Positions 18,365 to 29,224 of a stretch of 64,000 nt of DNA are shown here, piece by piece. The notes beneath the pieces are model-generated. The model worked only from the letters and a program-made list of their open reading frames with translations, did no database searches and was not told where the DNA came from. The stretch lies in the NCBI GenBank assembly GCA_021817415.1, contig JAKAUZ010000030.1, positions 5,224-69,223 on the forward strand, written 5' to 3'. Origin of the DNA: Thermoplasmata archaeon. GTDB lineage: Archaea > Thermoplasmatota > Thermoplasmata > Thermoplasmatales > GCA-001856825. Within the stretch, counting starts at the first letter, position 1, and the number at the start of each line of letters is the position of its first letter. Made by a program: the position numbers and the translations under genes.

Positions 18365-19795
18365 CTAAATCCCTCCTGCCAGTATTGCCGGTAAATGGAC
18401 AATCATACCGCTCGCATAGGAGTAGAGAGCGAACCACAGGACACCGAAGATGACTGTGATCGCTGCGGCAGCTATTGTTATGTAATTGCTGGATACTGGC
18501 TTGCTATTCCCCTTCTTCCAGAACATGTACATTATTACCCGACCATAGTAGTAGAAAGAGAGGACTGAATTCAGTACTGCAAATATTATGACAATGTAAG
18601 CCAGAACAGTTCCAGTTGAGATGACAGACAGGAAAAGGAAGTACTTCCCTATGAATCCCAGGGTACCGGGGAATCCTGCCAAGGAAAGCAGCAGTATGGA
18701 AAAAGAGGCTGCAAACAGAGGATTTCTTTTCCACAGACCCGAGAAATTCTCCAGATCATAATTGTCAAAATTGTTCATTGCAATGAATGATCCACCCTTC
18801 ATTAAGCCATATGCCATCGCATACATGAGAATGCTGATTATTGCGAGCGTGACTGCTCCCGTCCCAGCTACAAGGAAAACAGTTGAGAGGTAACCAGCCT
18901 GGGCTATGGAGGAATATGCAAGCATCCTCTTGACATTCTTCTGTGAAATTGCCACCAGATTGCCAAAGGTCATTGTCAGTATCGCTATGATGGCAAATAC
19001 GGGCTTTAGGTAGCCGAAGAAGTTCACAGACGAGAGGAATATGTTCATCATCACCCCAAGGGTCATAATCTTCGAGCTGGTACTGAGCAACGATGAGACT
19101 GGGTTAGAGGTGCCGGTATACGTGTCTATGGCCCATCCTTGCAACGGGAAAATTGCAAGCTTGAATCCAAATCCGAATATCAGGATTCCCATTCCAAGGA
19201 CATAGATTTCATTGAAACGGGAAACAGTCCCAAGATAGAGGGAACCTGTAGCTATGTAGTAAAGTGATATCCCGAATATTATAAGTCCAGTGGAGAAAGC
19301 ACCGACGATGAAGTACTTGATTGAAGACTCCAGTTCACTATCGTTCTTCCCGAATGCTGTGATGACGTATGTTGGAATTGAGACCCCCTCAAATGCCAGG
19401 AATATGAACAGCAGATTGTAGGAGGAGACTGCCAATCCCATGAATCCTAGAGAGATCAGGAATATTGCAACCATCAGCCCGGGCTTGTTGGTCTTGGGGA
19501 AGGAAGACATCCCCAGAACTGACATTATGGCAGGTATTAGTATTGTGACAAATAGCAGTGAAGAGAAACCACTGATCATGATTGGTGATCCAGTTCCAAC
19601 TCCAGCAAACAAGTTCCCAAGCATGAGGGTCATGACGAGAGACGTGAATGCAAAAACAGCTCCTATCGCAACGTGAACTATCCTGTTCTCTGAGAACATA
19701 CTGACCAGCAAGGCAACGAATGCCCCCAGGAACAGCACGTATATGTTCCAAAGGTCCGCATAATTTCCAAGTCCGTAACCCGTAATAGTTATCAT
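18365..19795 (-). CDS. nuoN: complex I-like subunit N
   Basis: ESSIKYF, GFKLAIFP..W..D.Y, KRMLAYSSIAQAGY. Confidence 0.93.
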   Translation of the reverse strand: MITITGYGLGNYADLWNIYVLFLGAFVALLVSMFSENRIVHVAIGAVFAFTSLVMTLMLGNLFAGVGTGSPIMISGFSSLLFVTILIPAIMSVLGMSSFPKTNKPGLMVAIFLISLGFMGLAVSSYNLLFIFLAFEGVSIPTYVITAFGKNDSELESSIKYFIVGAFSTGLIIFGISLYYIATGSLYLGTVSRFNEIYVLGMGILIFGFGFKLAIFPLQGWAIDTYTGTSNPVSSLLSTSSKIMTLGVMMNIFLSSVNFFGYLKPVFAIIAILTMTFGNLVAISQKNVKRMLAYSSIAQAGYLSTVFLVAGTGAVTLAIISILMYAMAYGLMKGGSFIAMNNFDNYDLENFSGLWKRNPLFAASFSILLLSLAGFPGTLGFIGKYFLFLSVISTGTVLAYIVIIFAVLNSVLSFYYYGRVIMYMFWKKGNSKPVSSNYITIAAAAITVIFGVLWFALYSYASGMIVHLPAILAGGI

Positions 19796-21253
19796 TTAAG
19801 GCACCACCCCCATGAACGGGAGATTTCCAAGGTTGAAAAAGCCGAAAAGTAAGCCGGGGAATATTCCAAGCAGGAAAACGATCGCAAGTGGGAATACTGT
19901 TGCGTAGAGTTCGCTTTTCTCTGTCCGTATGTCCCCTAGGTATTCATTGTAGGGGCCAAAAATACTCCTCTGCAGAGCGAAAATGTGATAAGAGGCTGTC
20001 AGTACCACTCCTATCAACACAAAAATGAGATAATATTTCAAAACAGCATATGCTCCCAGTAGAATGGTTATCTCCCCGACAAATCCGGAGAACCCCGGTA
20101 TTGCTACCGACGCGAGGAATGCCAGGAGGAGAAGGAAGGAGAGCCCAGGAACTTTCCTGGCAATTCCACCCATTGAGTTGATTATTCTCGTTCCGGTAGT
20201 CTTCTCAGTAGTATCTACCAGTGCGAATATCATCGCAATTATTATTCCATGTGAGATCAACTGGAATACTGCCCCGTAGAAGAGCAGCTTCTCAATAAGC
20301 ACATTGCTGGAACCAGTGGATATAAGGTAAAGAAATCCTCCGACCGCAATTGTGATGAACGACATGTGCCCCACGCTCGCGTAGCTCATCATCATTTTCA
20401 TGTCCTTCTGGTAAAGCGCAACGAGAGAAGAATATATGAGAGAGAATATTCCCAATCCCAACAAAACTTCTGGTAGGACGGGGCTAGACGAGAAAGAAGA
20501 ATTAACGTACATCGGTATGAACAGGATCAGCAGCCCGAATGCACCCATTTTGGACAGCAGGGAAGAGATTAAAACGGTTCCTTCAGAAGGAGATTCAACG
20601 TAAGCATCTGGGAGCCAGGAGTGAAAAGGCACAGACGGTAGCTTTATGAGGAAGGCGAACAAGAATCCAAACAGCACGAATGCCTGGTATGTGATTCCCA
20701 GAGACCCAATTCCTCCGATCAGGAAATTCATGTTGAATGTCCCTCCTCCTTCTTGGAAGTACATTGTAAAAATACCGAGAAGCATGAAGACAGACCCAAC
20801 ATGGGTGTAAATGAAGAATTTCATCGCAGCATAATCCTTGTTCTTGGTCCCCCACATTCCAATCATGAAGAATGATGGGATAAGCACCATTTCCCAGAAT
20901 ATGTAGAATATTATGAAATCTCTTGTGAGAAACAACCCGGTCAGGGAGAATATCAGCGACTGTGTGAGGATGTGGAAACCGGGTGAAGACTTGAATCTGA
21001 GAGAAATGAATATTCCTATCACGCTTACAAGAATTAAAAGCACTGAACTGACGAAGTTCAGTTGGAACGATAGGCTGATGATGTATACAGTGGAATAGTT
21101 GAAAGACCTGTTCATTCCGTTGAGTACCACAAATGCCAGCAAGGTCAGCGACGAAAGCACAGTTATGAGCCTCGGGGCCCATTTCCTTATTGCGACAGAT
21201 GCAATGAAGTATACTGTCAGAAGAAGTAAGAGCAGATTGAATGGAAATATCAA
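19796..21253 (-). CDS. nuoM: complex I-like subunit M
   Basis: FYIFWE, YAAMKFFIYT, IKLP.VPFHSWLPDA. Confidence 0.93.
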   Translation of the reverse strand: MIFPFNLLLLLLTVYFIASVAIRKWAPRLITVLSSLTLLAFVVLNGMNRSFNYSTVYIISLSFQLNFVSSVLLILVSVIGIFISLRFKSSPGFHILTQSLIFSLTGLFLTRDFIIFYIFWEMVLIPSFFMIGMWGTKNKDYAAMKFFIYTHVGSVFMLLGIFTMYFQEGGGTFNMNFLIGGIGSLGITYQAFVLFGFLFAFLIKLPSVPFHSWLPDAYVESPSEGTVLISSLLSKMGAFGLLILFIPMYVNSSFSSSPVLPEVLLGLGIFSLIYSSLVALYQKDMKMMMSYASVGHMSFITIAVGGFLYLISTGSSNVLIEKLLFYGAVFQLISHGIIIAMIFALVDTTEKTTGTRIINSMGGIARKVPGLSFLLLLAFLASVAIPGFSGFVGEITILLGAYAVLKYYLIFVLIGVVLTASYHIFALQRSIFGPYNEYLGDIRTEKSELYATVFPLAIVFLLGIFPGLLFGFFNLGNLPFMGVVP

Positions 21254-23115
21254 TGTATCACCCCCATAAACATCAGAATCCTTATGAACAGAAGCGAGAG
21301 GACAAGACCTACAAGAATTATCAGCGCGTACTGTCTCGCAATTCCGGTCTGCAACTTCCTGAGCGTTAATCCAGCATCCCTGAATATCTCACCCCAGGTA
21401 TTTATGAATCCATCTAGTATTTTTTTCTCAAAATTACCCATAATGACGGAAAACCCCAGAACGACCCTTTCAGCAACCACATTAGTGAAAAGAGTGTCAA
21501 GATAGAATTTGTTTTTCACAAACCTGTACAAGAATCCACTCCCCTTGGCAACTCTTTGGGGGATGGTCGATTCCCTACCATAGGCGTAATATGCAATTCC
21601 TATTCCAATTACTGCTACAGTGGCTGGCACTGCATCAATGAAGCCAATAGATGTCGTAGCGCCCCCAAGGAATGAGTAAAACCCATTCTGGAAAACGCCG
21701 AAAATAGTACTGAAAATTGCAAGTATAATTATTGGGATGAGCATGATCCACTTCGATTCGTGGGCGTGTTCGGCAGCATGGCTTCTTGGATTTCCAAACG
21801 CTATTCTGAAGAAGAGTCGGAAAGTATAGAGTGCAGTGAGGAACCCTCCTATCACCAGCAATATCCAGGCGATAGTATTGTGACCGTAACTTGCACTTAT
21901 TATGCTATCCTTGCTGAAGAACCCTGCAAACGGAGGGAACCCGGAAAGTGCAAGCGCGCCTACCAGCATGGCCCCCATTGTAATTGGCATTTTCTTCCAG
22001 AGACCTCCCATCTTGTTTATGTCCCTTGTGTTCAACAGGGCGTGAAGTATTGAGCCTGCACTGAGGAAAAGCAGCGCCTTAAAGAAGGCATGGGATTCAA
22101 GCTGATAGATTGAAAGACCTATACTAGTAGCTCCAAGCCCAAGTCCGAGTGCAGCGACCATGTAACCAATTTGGCTAATTGTTGAATAGGCGAGAATTCT
22201 CTTGATGTCGTTTACTACGAGTCCGATCAGGCCAGACAATATTATGGTGAATACTCCAACAGATAACACAACAGTGAGTGCAGCTGGTGTGAATATTGTG
22301 TACGTCCTGGCTATCAGGTACACCCCTGCAGTTACCATTGTAGCTGCGTGAATGAGCGCGGAAACAGTTGTTGGACCTTCCATTGCGTCTGGGATCCAGA
22401 CGTGCAATGGGAATTGGGCACTTTTACCTATCGCCCCCCCGAATAGCAGCAAAGCGACAATTGTCCTTTCCCATGTGGTACCTATGGTACTCAGAGCAGT
22501 TGGAGAAACAGAGAGTGCGTTTCCACCTGAATAAAGAATGGCAGCCCCGATTCCTGCAATGAAGAAGACGTCTCCGACTCTTGTAACTATGAATGCCTTC
22601 TTTGCTGCAGAAGCCGCATTGGGCTTATAATACCAGAAGCCTATGAGCAGATATGAACAGAGTCCAACAAGCTCCCAGAATATGAACAGCATTAGGAGGG
22701 AGGAGGAAAGAACAAGTCCGAGCATCGAAGCAGTAAATAGTACCATCTCCCCGAAGAATATGTGTCTTCTAGGGTCCTCTGCCATATATCCTACTGAAAA
22801 GAGTATTATCAGGAATCCAACGAAAGAGACCATCAGCACCATTATCATTGACAGCTGGTCAGCATAGATTCCCACTGGAATGGAGACGGGGAGGTTAGGC
22901 AACCAGTTTAGGGTCGCGGTTATTATTGTACCTTTCACCGTATCTGTGAAGAAAACATAGAGCGCTATCAGGAAAGAGATGAATACGAGTGCCGTCCCTA
23001 AGTACATTGAAAAATTCTTTTTTATATACCCAACTCCTATGACTAATGGGAATCCAATTAAAGGAAGTCCAAATATCAGGAAAACGAGCCATTGAATTGG
23101 ATCCACCTTCACCAC
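21250..23115 (-). CDS. nuoL: complex I-like subunit L
   Basis: FWELVGLCSYLLIGFW, KSAQFPLHVWIPDAMEGPT, HAFFKALLF. Confidence 0.95.
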   Translation of the reverse strand: MVKVDPIQWLVFLIFGLPLIGFPLVIGVGYIKKNFSMYLGTALVFISFLIALYVFFTDTVKGTIITATLNWLPNLPVSIPVGIYADQLSMIMVLMVSFVGFLIILFSVGYMAEDPRRHIFFGEMVLFTASMLGLVLSSSLLMLFIFWELVGLCSYLLIGFWYYKPNAASAAKKAFIVTRVGDVFFIAGIGAAILYSGGNALSVSPTALSTIGTTWERTIVALLLFGGAIGKSAQFPLHVWIPDAMEGPTTVSALIHAATMVTAGVYLIARTYTIFTPAALTVVLSVGVFTIILSGLIGLVVNDIKRILAYSTISQIGYMVAALGLGLGATSIGLSIYQLESHAFFKALLFLSAGSILHALLNTRDINKMGGLWKKMPITMGAMLVGALALSGFPPFAGFFSKDSIISASYGHNTIAWILLVIGGFLTALYTFRLFFRIAFGNPRSHAAEHAHESKWIMLIPIIILAIFSTIFGVFQNGFYSFLGGATTSIGFIDAVPATVAVIGIGIAYYAYGRESTIPQRVAKGSGFLYRFVKNKFYLDTLFTNVVAERVVLGFSVIMGNFEKKILDGFINTWGEIFRDAGLTLRKLQTGIARQYALIILVGLVLSLLFIRILMFMGVIH

Positions 23116-23438
23116 CTCATCAGTTTCATAACGTCAAGGGAAGCTGATCCCTTGGCCCTGAAGACTGCTATGAACAGTGCCATGGCAACAACAGTTTCTG
23201 CCGCAGAAATGACTAGAATGAACAGTGTCATGTTGGCCCCTGCAGCATTCCCGTAGTAACTTGATGCGGCTATCAGATTGATCAGGCCGGCATTTATCAT
23301 TATCTCAACGCTTATGAGGGCCTTCACGACGGTCTTTGAGCTGAGGAATGAAAAGATTCCGACGCTCAGTATCGCAATAGAGAAGAACTCTATAACTCCA
23401 ATATTCAATGGTCCACCAACTAGATCGTTTATGTTCAT
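23109..23438 (-). CDS. nuoK: complex I-like subunit K
   Basis: LISVEIMINA and ISAAE conserved Glu motifs; operon position. Confidence 0.9.
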   Translation of the reverse strand: MNINDLVGGPLNIGVIEFFSIAILSVGIFSFLSSKTVVKALISVEIMINAGLINLIAASSYYGNAAGANMTLFILVISAAETVVAMALFIAVFRAKGSASLDVMKLMRW

Positions 23439-23674
23439 TTAGACACCTCTCTTTCGCCCAGGTACATTGCACCCAGCATCGCTGCAATCAGGAGGAAAGT
23501 AATTATCTCGAATGGGAGCAAGTATGTGGAAAAAAGCGTCTGCGATATTCCGTATTTGCCCATACCTGTACCGATTGAGAAAGGTGCTCCATTTGGGAAG
23601 TTGGATGGCTGGATGAAAGTTAGCATGATCAGGAACAGGATGACACTGAAAAATAGTGCAAGTTTATTCTGCAT
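23435..23674 (-). CDS. nuoJ: complex I-like subunit J, C-terminal part (J2)
   Basis: LFSTYLLPFEII...LIAAMLGA. Confidence 0.85.
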   Translation of the reverse strand: MQNKLALFFSVILFLIMLTFIQPSNFPNGAPFSIGTGMGKYGISQTLFSTYLLPFEIITFLLIAAMLGAMYLGEREVSK

Positions 23675-23924
23675 CCAGATACCTCCTTGACATCATCACT
23701 GAAGTAAGTATCAGCGTGACAATTGCTCCGGCATAAACGAGAACCTCTATTGCTGATATGAAGTAATTCTCCAGAAAGAAGAAAATCGCTGCAACATCCA
23801 CCACCAGGAAGGTAAGCCATAGAGCGGAATGAAGGAGGTTCTTGCTTCCTGCCGAAAGAATTGCGAATCCTATCCCCATTATGCCCAGAATATATAGTAA
23901 AATCATTTCTTGTCGCCCTCCCAT
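23664..23924 (-). CDS. nuoJ: complex I-like subunit J, N-terminal part (J1)
   Basis: NLLHSAL.L, EVLVYAGAI. Confidence 0.85.
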   Translation of the reverse strand: MGGRQEMILLYILGIMGIGFAILSAGSKNLLHSALWLTFLVVDVAAIFFFLENYFISAIEVLVYAGAIVTLILTSVMMSRRYLDAE

Positions 23925-24376
23925 AATTCGCTCTCTTTTTTGGATAGCATAAGAGGTGTATACCTCATGTTCCCGCGTTCAAAGTGAACTTCATCCACCT
24001 CTGCTTCCAGCGTTATTGCACCCGTTGGGCATATCTCTTCACATAAATTGCAGTGAGTACAGATTGAAACATCAACGCTGGGATAGAGCTGCCTCCTGTT
24101 TGGATATTTTTTCTCGAACTCTTCCTTTTTGCCGTAAGCAAATGTGGCCATCTTTATTGTACCATTTGGGCAGATCTGTTCACAGAGCGTGCACCCGATG
24201 CATGCATCAAGGTCAAGGAACACTCGTCCGGTGGTCCTTGTGGGATAGTCCAGTTTTTCCTCGGGGACCTGTCTGGTGACTCTTGGTTTGAAGCCATTCG
24301 TGAACACAGTCCAGACGCCCTTTAGCACGCCAGCTATTCCTTCAATAGGTCCCGGTATTCTATCAGTTTGAGTCAT
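23903..24376 (-). CDS. nuoI: complex I-like subunit I (2x[4Fe-4S])
   Basis: CIGCTLCEQICP and CTHCNLCEEICP. Confidence 0.93.
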   Translation of the reverse strand: MTQTDRIPGPIEGIAGVLKGVWTVFTNGFKPRVTRQVPEEKLDYPTRTTGRVFLDLDACIGCTLCEQICPNGTIKMATFAYGKKEEFEKKYPNRRQLYPSVDVSICTHCNLCEEICPTGAITLEAEVDEVHFERGNMRYTPLMLSKKESELWEGDKK

Positions 24377-25465
24377 TTAGAACCACCCTCCTACGGTCAG
24401 AGCAAGTCCTGCGCTTATCAATAGATTGATTATGCTCAGTGGAAGCAGGTATTTCCACCCCAGATTCAGGAATTGGTCTATCCTGACCCTCCCTAGAGCT
24501 ATCCACGACAGCAGGAATATTACCATGAATATTGCGGCCTTTATCAGTAACCAGAACAATCCTGGTATGAATGGGAAAGGACCTTCCCATCCTCCCAGGT
24601 AGAGAGTTGCTACAACAAAAGAAGTCAGTGCCATAAATCCAAAATTTGCCATGTAAAAGATTCCGTATCTCATGCCTGAGTACTCCGTGGAGTAACCGCT
24701 GACCAGTTCACTCCCACTTTCTGGGAGATCGAATGGAGGAATGGATTGCTTGGCTATCATTGCAAAGAAGAACACGAAAAAACCCAGGACCTCTGGGATA
24801 ATGAATGGTATATTCCTCTGTGCATAAACAATTGAATTTGCACTGTAACTACCAGCCAGTATTATAACTGATATCACAGAAATCATCATTGGCACCTCGT
24901 ATCCGATATCCTGCGCAGCAGATCTCAGTGCTCCATATAACGAAAATTTGTTGTGCGACGAGAGACCACCAATAATCTCTCCGAGTGGAGAAATTATCAT
25001 GAACGCAATGAGGAAAAGCACGGTATAGGGGAAATTCAACACCATCAGGTTAAGAATGGATATGTTCCCGAATGGGATCAGAACAAATCCTAATGCTACT
25101 GGGGTGAAAACAATATAAGGTGCAAGCTTGAATGCAATCCTATCTGCTCTTGAAGGGATCAGGTCCTGTTTCTGGATAAGCTTGAATACGTCAGCAATCA
25201 ACTGAAGCGACCCCCACGGGCCAACCCTGTTAGGACCTATCCTGTTCTGTAAGTCAGCCATATACTTCCTGAACACGTAGACAAGAATAACAACGAGAAG
25301 CATCGAAAGGGCAAAGACTATGATCACCTCAACGAGTCCCACAATTGCCCATGCTATCCATTCGCCAACCGGGTAACCGCCCCAGTTAAAGGGAATGAAG
25401 TTTATGTGAAGGAATTTCAGGATACCGTAAAGTATGCTCAAAATGAAGTAGAATAAGTCCATCAC
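24377..25465 (-). CDS. nuoH: complex I-like subunit H
   Basis: QNRIGPNRVGP.G.LQ.IAD.FKL, PFDLPE..SELVSGY.TEYSG. Confidence 0.95.
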   Translation of the reverse strand: MMDLFYFILSILYGILKFLHINFIPFNWGGYPVGEWIAWAIVGLVEVIIVFALSMLLVVILVYVFRKYMADLQNRIGPNRVGPWGSLQLIADVFKLIQKQDLIPSRADRIAFKLAPYIVFTPVALGFVLIPFGNISILNLMVLNFPYTVLFLIAFMIISPLGEIIGGLSSHNKFSLYGALRSAAQDIGYEVPMMISVISVIILAGSYSANSIVYAQRNIPFIIPEVLGFFVFFFAMIAKQSIPPFDLPESGSELVSGYSTEYSGMRYGIFYMANFGFMALTSFVVATLYLGGWEGPFPFIPGLFWLLIKAAIFMVIFLLSWIALGRVRIDQFLNLGWKYLLPLSIINLLISAGLALTVGGWF

Positions 25466-26568
25466 CTATCGACCTCCCCAAATACAGGATCCATTGAACT
25501 GACCGTCGCGGTAAGATCTGCTATCTTGTATCCTTTCAACATAACAGGTGTCGCTGAGAGATTGGCAAAACTTGGACTCCTTATTCTGAACCTGTAGGGC
25601 ATTGTTGATCCATCCCCTACCAGATAGATTCCAAATTCCCCCTTGGGTGACTCCGTCGGAACGTAACTTTCTCCATTTGCCTTCAGCCGGATCAGCATCG
25701 GTTTGGCATATTTCTTGTTATAGAAGTCGCCTTCAGGCAATTTTGTCAGAATCTGTTCCACTATCTTTATGCTCTGCTTCATCTCTTCTAGTCTCACCAG
25801 AAACCTTGCATAAACGTCTCCCTCTGGTCTCGTCGGCACGTCAAAATTGATATCTTTGTAAAACAAGTATGGCTGATTCTTCCTGAGATCCCAACTTTTT
25901 CCTGATGCCCTCAGCATTGGGCCGGTGACACCATAAGAAAGGGCGTCCTCAAGACTCAGCTTTCCTACCCCCGTCGTCCTCTTAACGTAAATATAGTTTT
26001 TCTTGAATATTCCCTCTATCTCTTCCAGCTTGGTGACGAAATTGCCGGTGAATTCTCGTATCATTTCTATTGCTTTTGGGGTTACATCGGAATAGACACC
26101 TCCTATCGCAAAGTAATTGTAAAGAAGCCTGCTGCCGGTGACTTCATCGAATATCCTGAGTATCCTTTCCCTTTCCCTGAAGCAGTAGAAGAAAGGGGTC
26201 AGCATTCCCATATCAAGACCGTGGGTACCGAACCATATCAGATGGGACGCAACCCTGTTTAACTCTACAAGCATCATTCTGATCCACTGGGCTCTTTCCG
26301 GTACCTGGATGTCCATGAGTTTTTCTGCAGAGAGCACGTAGCCTAGCTCACCATTTAAGGATGCGACGTAGTCAAGCCTGTCGACATATATCATCGCTTT
26401 CGGATAGTAGCCCATCTCTGCCAGTTTTTCGGCATTCCTGTGCAGGTAACCTATGACAGGGTAGGCATCTACAATGTATTCCCCGTCAAGTCTAACTTTG
26501 ATTCTTAATACTCCGTGGGTGGATGGATGCTGCGGGCCGAAGTTGACCTCTATGAGCTTGTCCTCCAT
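25462..26568 (-). CDS. nuoD: complex I-like subunit D
   Basis: NFGPQHPSTHGVLR, GYLHR, GEVDR end; no NiFe CxxC motifs. Confidence 0.96.
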   Translation of the reverse strand: MEDKLIEVNFGPQHPSTHGVLRIKVRLDGEYIVDAYPVIGYLHRNAEKLAEMGYYPKAMIYVDRLDYVASLNGELGYVLSAEKLMDIQVPERAQWIRMMLVELNRVASHLIWFGTHGLDMGMLTPFFYCFRERERILRIFDEVTGSRLLYNYFAIGGVYSDVTPKAIEMIREFTGNFVTKLEEIEGIFKKNYIYVKRTTGVGKLSLEDALSYGVTGPMLRASGKSWDLRKNQPYLFYKDINFDVPTRPEGDVYARFLVRLEEMKQSIKIVEQILTKLPEGDFYNKKYAKPMLIRLKANGESYVPTESPKGEFGIYLVGDGSTMPYRFRIRSPSFANLSATPVMLKGYKIADLTATVSSMDPVFGEVDR

Positions 26569-27023
26569 CAGTATCCCTCCCTGGGATCAAAAGATACTCT
26601 ATCTTCGCCATCTTCCCCGAGATTCACAAACTGCTTCTTGTCCAGAGGGTAGTCTTTCCTCAGTGGGTGGCCGACCCATCCCTCCGCAAGAAGAAGTCTT
26701 TTGAGATTAGGGTGACCCTTGAATTTGATTCCAACCAGATCCCAGGTTTCCCTTTCGTGCCAGTTTGCCCCGGCCCAGAGACCAGTCATGGAATCTACTT
26801 CTTCATCCGTTTTCGTCTTGACTACCAGCCTGTTTCCGTTTGTTGTTGAAAGAAGATGGTAAACGACCTCTAGGTGATCTTTGTAGTCTATACCTGTGAT
26901 CATCAGGAGCACATCAAATCCTTCGTCTTTCCTCTCCTTCATGAATGCAAGAATGTTCTCCTTTGCAACGTAGACCGTTCTAGTCCCGTCCTTTGAGGTA
27001 CCCTCAGATTCAATCGGTATCAA
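26568..27023 (-). CDS. nuoC: complex I-like subunit C
   Basis: [20 protein letters not shown]...GHPLRKDYP. Confidence 0.94.
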   Translation of the reverse strand: MIPIESEGTSKDGTRTVYVAKENILAFMKERKDEGFDVLLMITGIDYKDHLEVVYHLLSTTNGNRLVVKTKTDEEVDSMTGLWAGANWHERETWDLVGIKFKGHPNLKRLLLAEGWVGHPLRKDYPLDKKQFVNLGEDGEDRVSFDPREGY

Positions 27024-27478
27024 TGTTTCACCTTCCCGGATACAATACCATCCTGCAACTGCTTCAGTGCGCTGATAAGCGCTTCTGGCCTGGGAGGACA
27101 GCCAAACAGATATATGTCCACGGGTATAACCTGGTCTACCCCATCCACGACTGAGTACCCTCTTACGTACGGTCCTCCAGCAGTTGCACAGGCCCCCATA
27201 GAAATTACGTATTTCGGGAAGGCCATCTGATCGTACAACCTTCTGATTCTGGGTGCCATCTTCTTGGTAACTGTTCCGGAAACTATCATCAGGTCGGAGT
27301 GTCTTGGGGAATCCCTGAATACATCAGCCCCGAACCTGGCCCAGTCATAATCAGAGCCCATGGAAGACATCATTTCAATGGCGCAGCAGGCAAGCCCGAA
27401 TGTAAAAGGCCAGAGAGATTTTCCCTTCCCCCATCTCAGTGCCTCGTCGAGAGTCGTGAGAAGTATACTATCCGACAT
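27020..27478 (-). CDS. nuoB: complex I-like subunit B
   Basis: [23 protein letters not shown]. Confidence 0.96.
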   Translation of the reverse strand: MSDSILLTTLDEALRWGKGKSLWPFTFGLACCAIEMMSSMGSDYDWARFGADVFRDSPRHSDLMIVSGTVTKKMAPRIRRLYDQMAFPKYVISMGACATAGGPYVRGYSVVDGVDQVIPVDIYLFGCPPRPEALISALKQLQDGIVSGKVKH

Positions 27479-27839
27479 CTGCCCACCTCATGTAACCTTT
27501 CCTTACAGCGTAAACAAATCCAAAGAGCAGAATCGCTATGAATAGAACAACGTTCATGAATGCTCCCGCTCCAAGTGCTTTAACATCGCCAGCCCAGGGA
27601 AGAAGCAGCAGAAAATCAACGTCAAATATGATGAAAGCTATTATGAAGAAGAGGTATTGTAACGGAAGTGGTGCCTGGAAATCCCCAGTAGTCACTTCCC
27701 CGCATTCATAATTGTCGTTGGTGTATTTACCGTAGGTCTTGGGTGAAAATTTATGGGCGACAGCTAACAGCATGGAAACAATTATAGGTACTACCACGAC
27801 TGCTAGAGCAAGAGCAGTCATTTCAGGGGTCAAGCTCAT
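27468..27839 (-). CDS. nuoA: complex I-like subunit A
   Basis: YECGE, FIIFDVD..LLLPWA. Confidence 0.92.
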   Translation of the reverse strand: MSLTPEMTALALAVVVVPIIVSMLLAVAHKFSPKTYGKYTNDNYECGEVTTGDFQAPLPLQYLFFIIAFIIFDVDFLLLLPWAGDVKALGAGAFMNVVLFIAILLFGFVYAVRKGYMRWADVG

Positions 27840-28009
27840 CTATCCCTTATTGACTATGCAAATTTATATTTTTGGAAATCAGCTTTCAATTCATTAACGC
27901 CTGGAAAACGGGAAAAATACTTAGTTGCAAAAGATGAGGAAAATAATTAAAACTAAATATGCCAATATAAAGGCAAGAATAATAATAAAAGAATTAATAA
28001 GTCTGGATT

Positions 28010-28816
28010 CTAAGATTGAGCAGTTTCAAGGATTGATTTTCTATCCGGACCAATTTTTGCAGGTTTCTGTTGGTATTTCACGAATACATTCTTCGCGAGC
28101 ATACCCTTGAGCAGCTGAATTGCCAAAGCTGGATCAATTCCTTTTGGGCAAACGTCTGAACATGCGCCTGCGAAATGGCACCTCCAGACGCCGTGCTTGG
28201 AATCCAGCAAATTCAGTCTCTCGTTGAAGCCTATATCCCTGGAGTCTGCAATGTATCTGAATGATTGCGCCAGCGCTTGCGGACCCAAGTATAACTCGTC
28301 TGTAGCCATCGTGGGACATGCTGATAGACAGGCACCGCACATAATGCACTCTGTGAACATTGAGTACAGCTCTCTTTCCTCTGGAAGCTGAAGGAATTCC
28401 CCAGTCACTTTTTCTTCCTGCCTGATAATGTAGGGCTTGATACTTTCATGATTCCTGAAAAGCTTGGTCAGATCGGGAACCAGGTCTTTGACAAGATCGT
28501 AGTTTCCCATAGGATCGACTTTGATCAGATCCTTTCCTAGATCGAGAATTTGGGTCTGACAGGCCAGCCTCTCCCTGTTATTTATTATCATGGCACAGGA
28601 GCCGCATATTCCCATCCTGCAGGAATACCTTGCAGCAAGAGAGGGATCTATATGCTCCTTGATATAAAGTATTCCATCTAGGACAGTCATGCCTCTCTGT
28701 ACTGGCACCTTGTATTCCATGTACTTTGGAAGTTCCTTCTTCTCCGGATCGTATCTCCTGACCCTTAAGGTGACTGTTTTTACTACCTCTCCAAATCCCT
28801 TTAACATGAGTTCCAT
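28010..28816 (-). CDS. sdhB: succinate dehydrogenase/fumarate reductase Fe-S subunit (operon 1)
   Basis: SCRMGICGSC, CIMCGACLSACP, CHFAGACSDVCP. Confidence 0.95.
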   Translation of the reverse strand: MELMLKGFGEVVKTVTLRVRRYDPEKKELPKYMEYKVPVQRGMTVLDGILYIKEHIDPSLAARYSCRMGICGSCAMIINNRERLACQTQILDLGKDLIKVDPMGNYDLVKDLVPDLTKLFRNHESIKPYIIRQEEKVTGEFLQLPEERELYSMFTECIMCGACLSACPTMATDELYLGPQALAQSFRYIADSRDIGFNERLNLLDSKHGVWRCHFAGACSDVCPKGIDPALAIQLLKGMLAKNVFVKYQQKPAKIGPDRKSILETAQS

Positions 28817-29224
28817 TTATAATCCTCCTCCAAGCAGCATCGTCACAACCGTCTTAGAGCCCCATATGAATATGATCAGCCCTGCTACAAGCATGATGTA
28901 GGTGATTGCTTTCTCAGACCTATCACCTGGGAACTGCTCTGAAAGTATGATCCTGAATCCGTTGAATATGTGAAATACCAGGAATGTGAGAAGAAGCTCA
29001 AATATTGAACCCCAGAACAGAGTGTGGTATATGGTGGTCACTGTAGTATAATAAAGGGTACCTCCCGTAAGCGTATGCGTAGAAGTGGAGTTGTTTGCAT
29101 ACTGGTAAAGCACCTTGTCACTTGTTGGGGCAAGAGCGCTGATTGCGAGAAAATGCAGTGCACCTAAAACAAGTATGAAGATTCCGGTAATATATTGTAT
29201 CAGCATTATCTTTGATTCTTTCAC
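28817..29224 (-). CDS. sdhD: succinate dehydrogenase membrane anchor (operon 1)
   Basis: 3 TM, QYITG, LHF and FHIFNGFR His motifs. Confidence 0.82.
   Translation of the reverse strand: MKESKIMLIQYITGIFILVLGALHFLAISALAPTSDKVLYQYANNSTSTHTLTGGTLYYTTVTTIYHTLFWGSIFELLLTFLVFHIFNGFRIILSEQFPGDRSEKAITYIMLVAGLIIFIWGSKTVVTMLLGGGL

Noticed and set aside
25462-27478. Group 4 [NiFe]-hydrogenase interpretation of nuoB/C/D
   Set aside because: The large subunit lacks both CxxC Ni-binding motifs and has NuoD signatures
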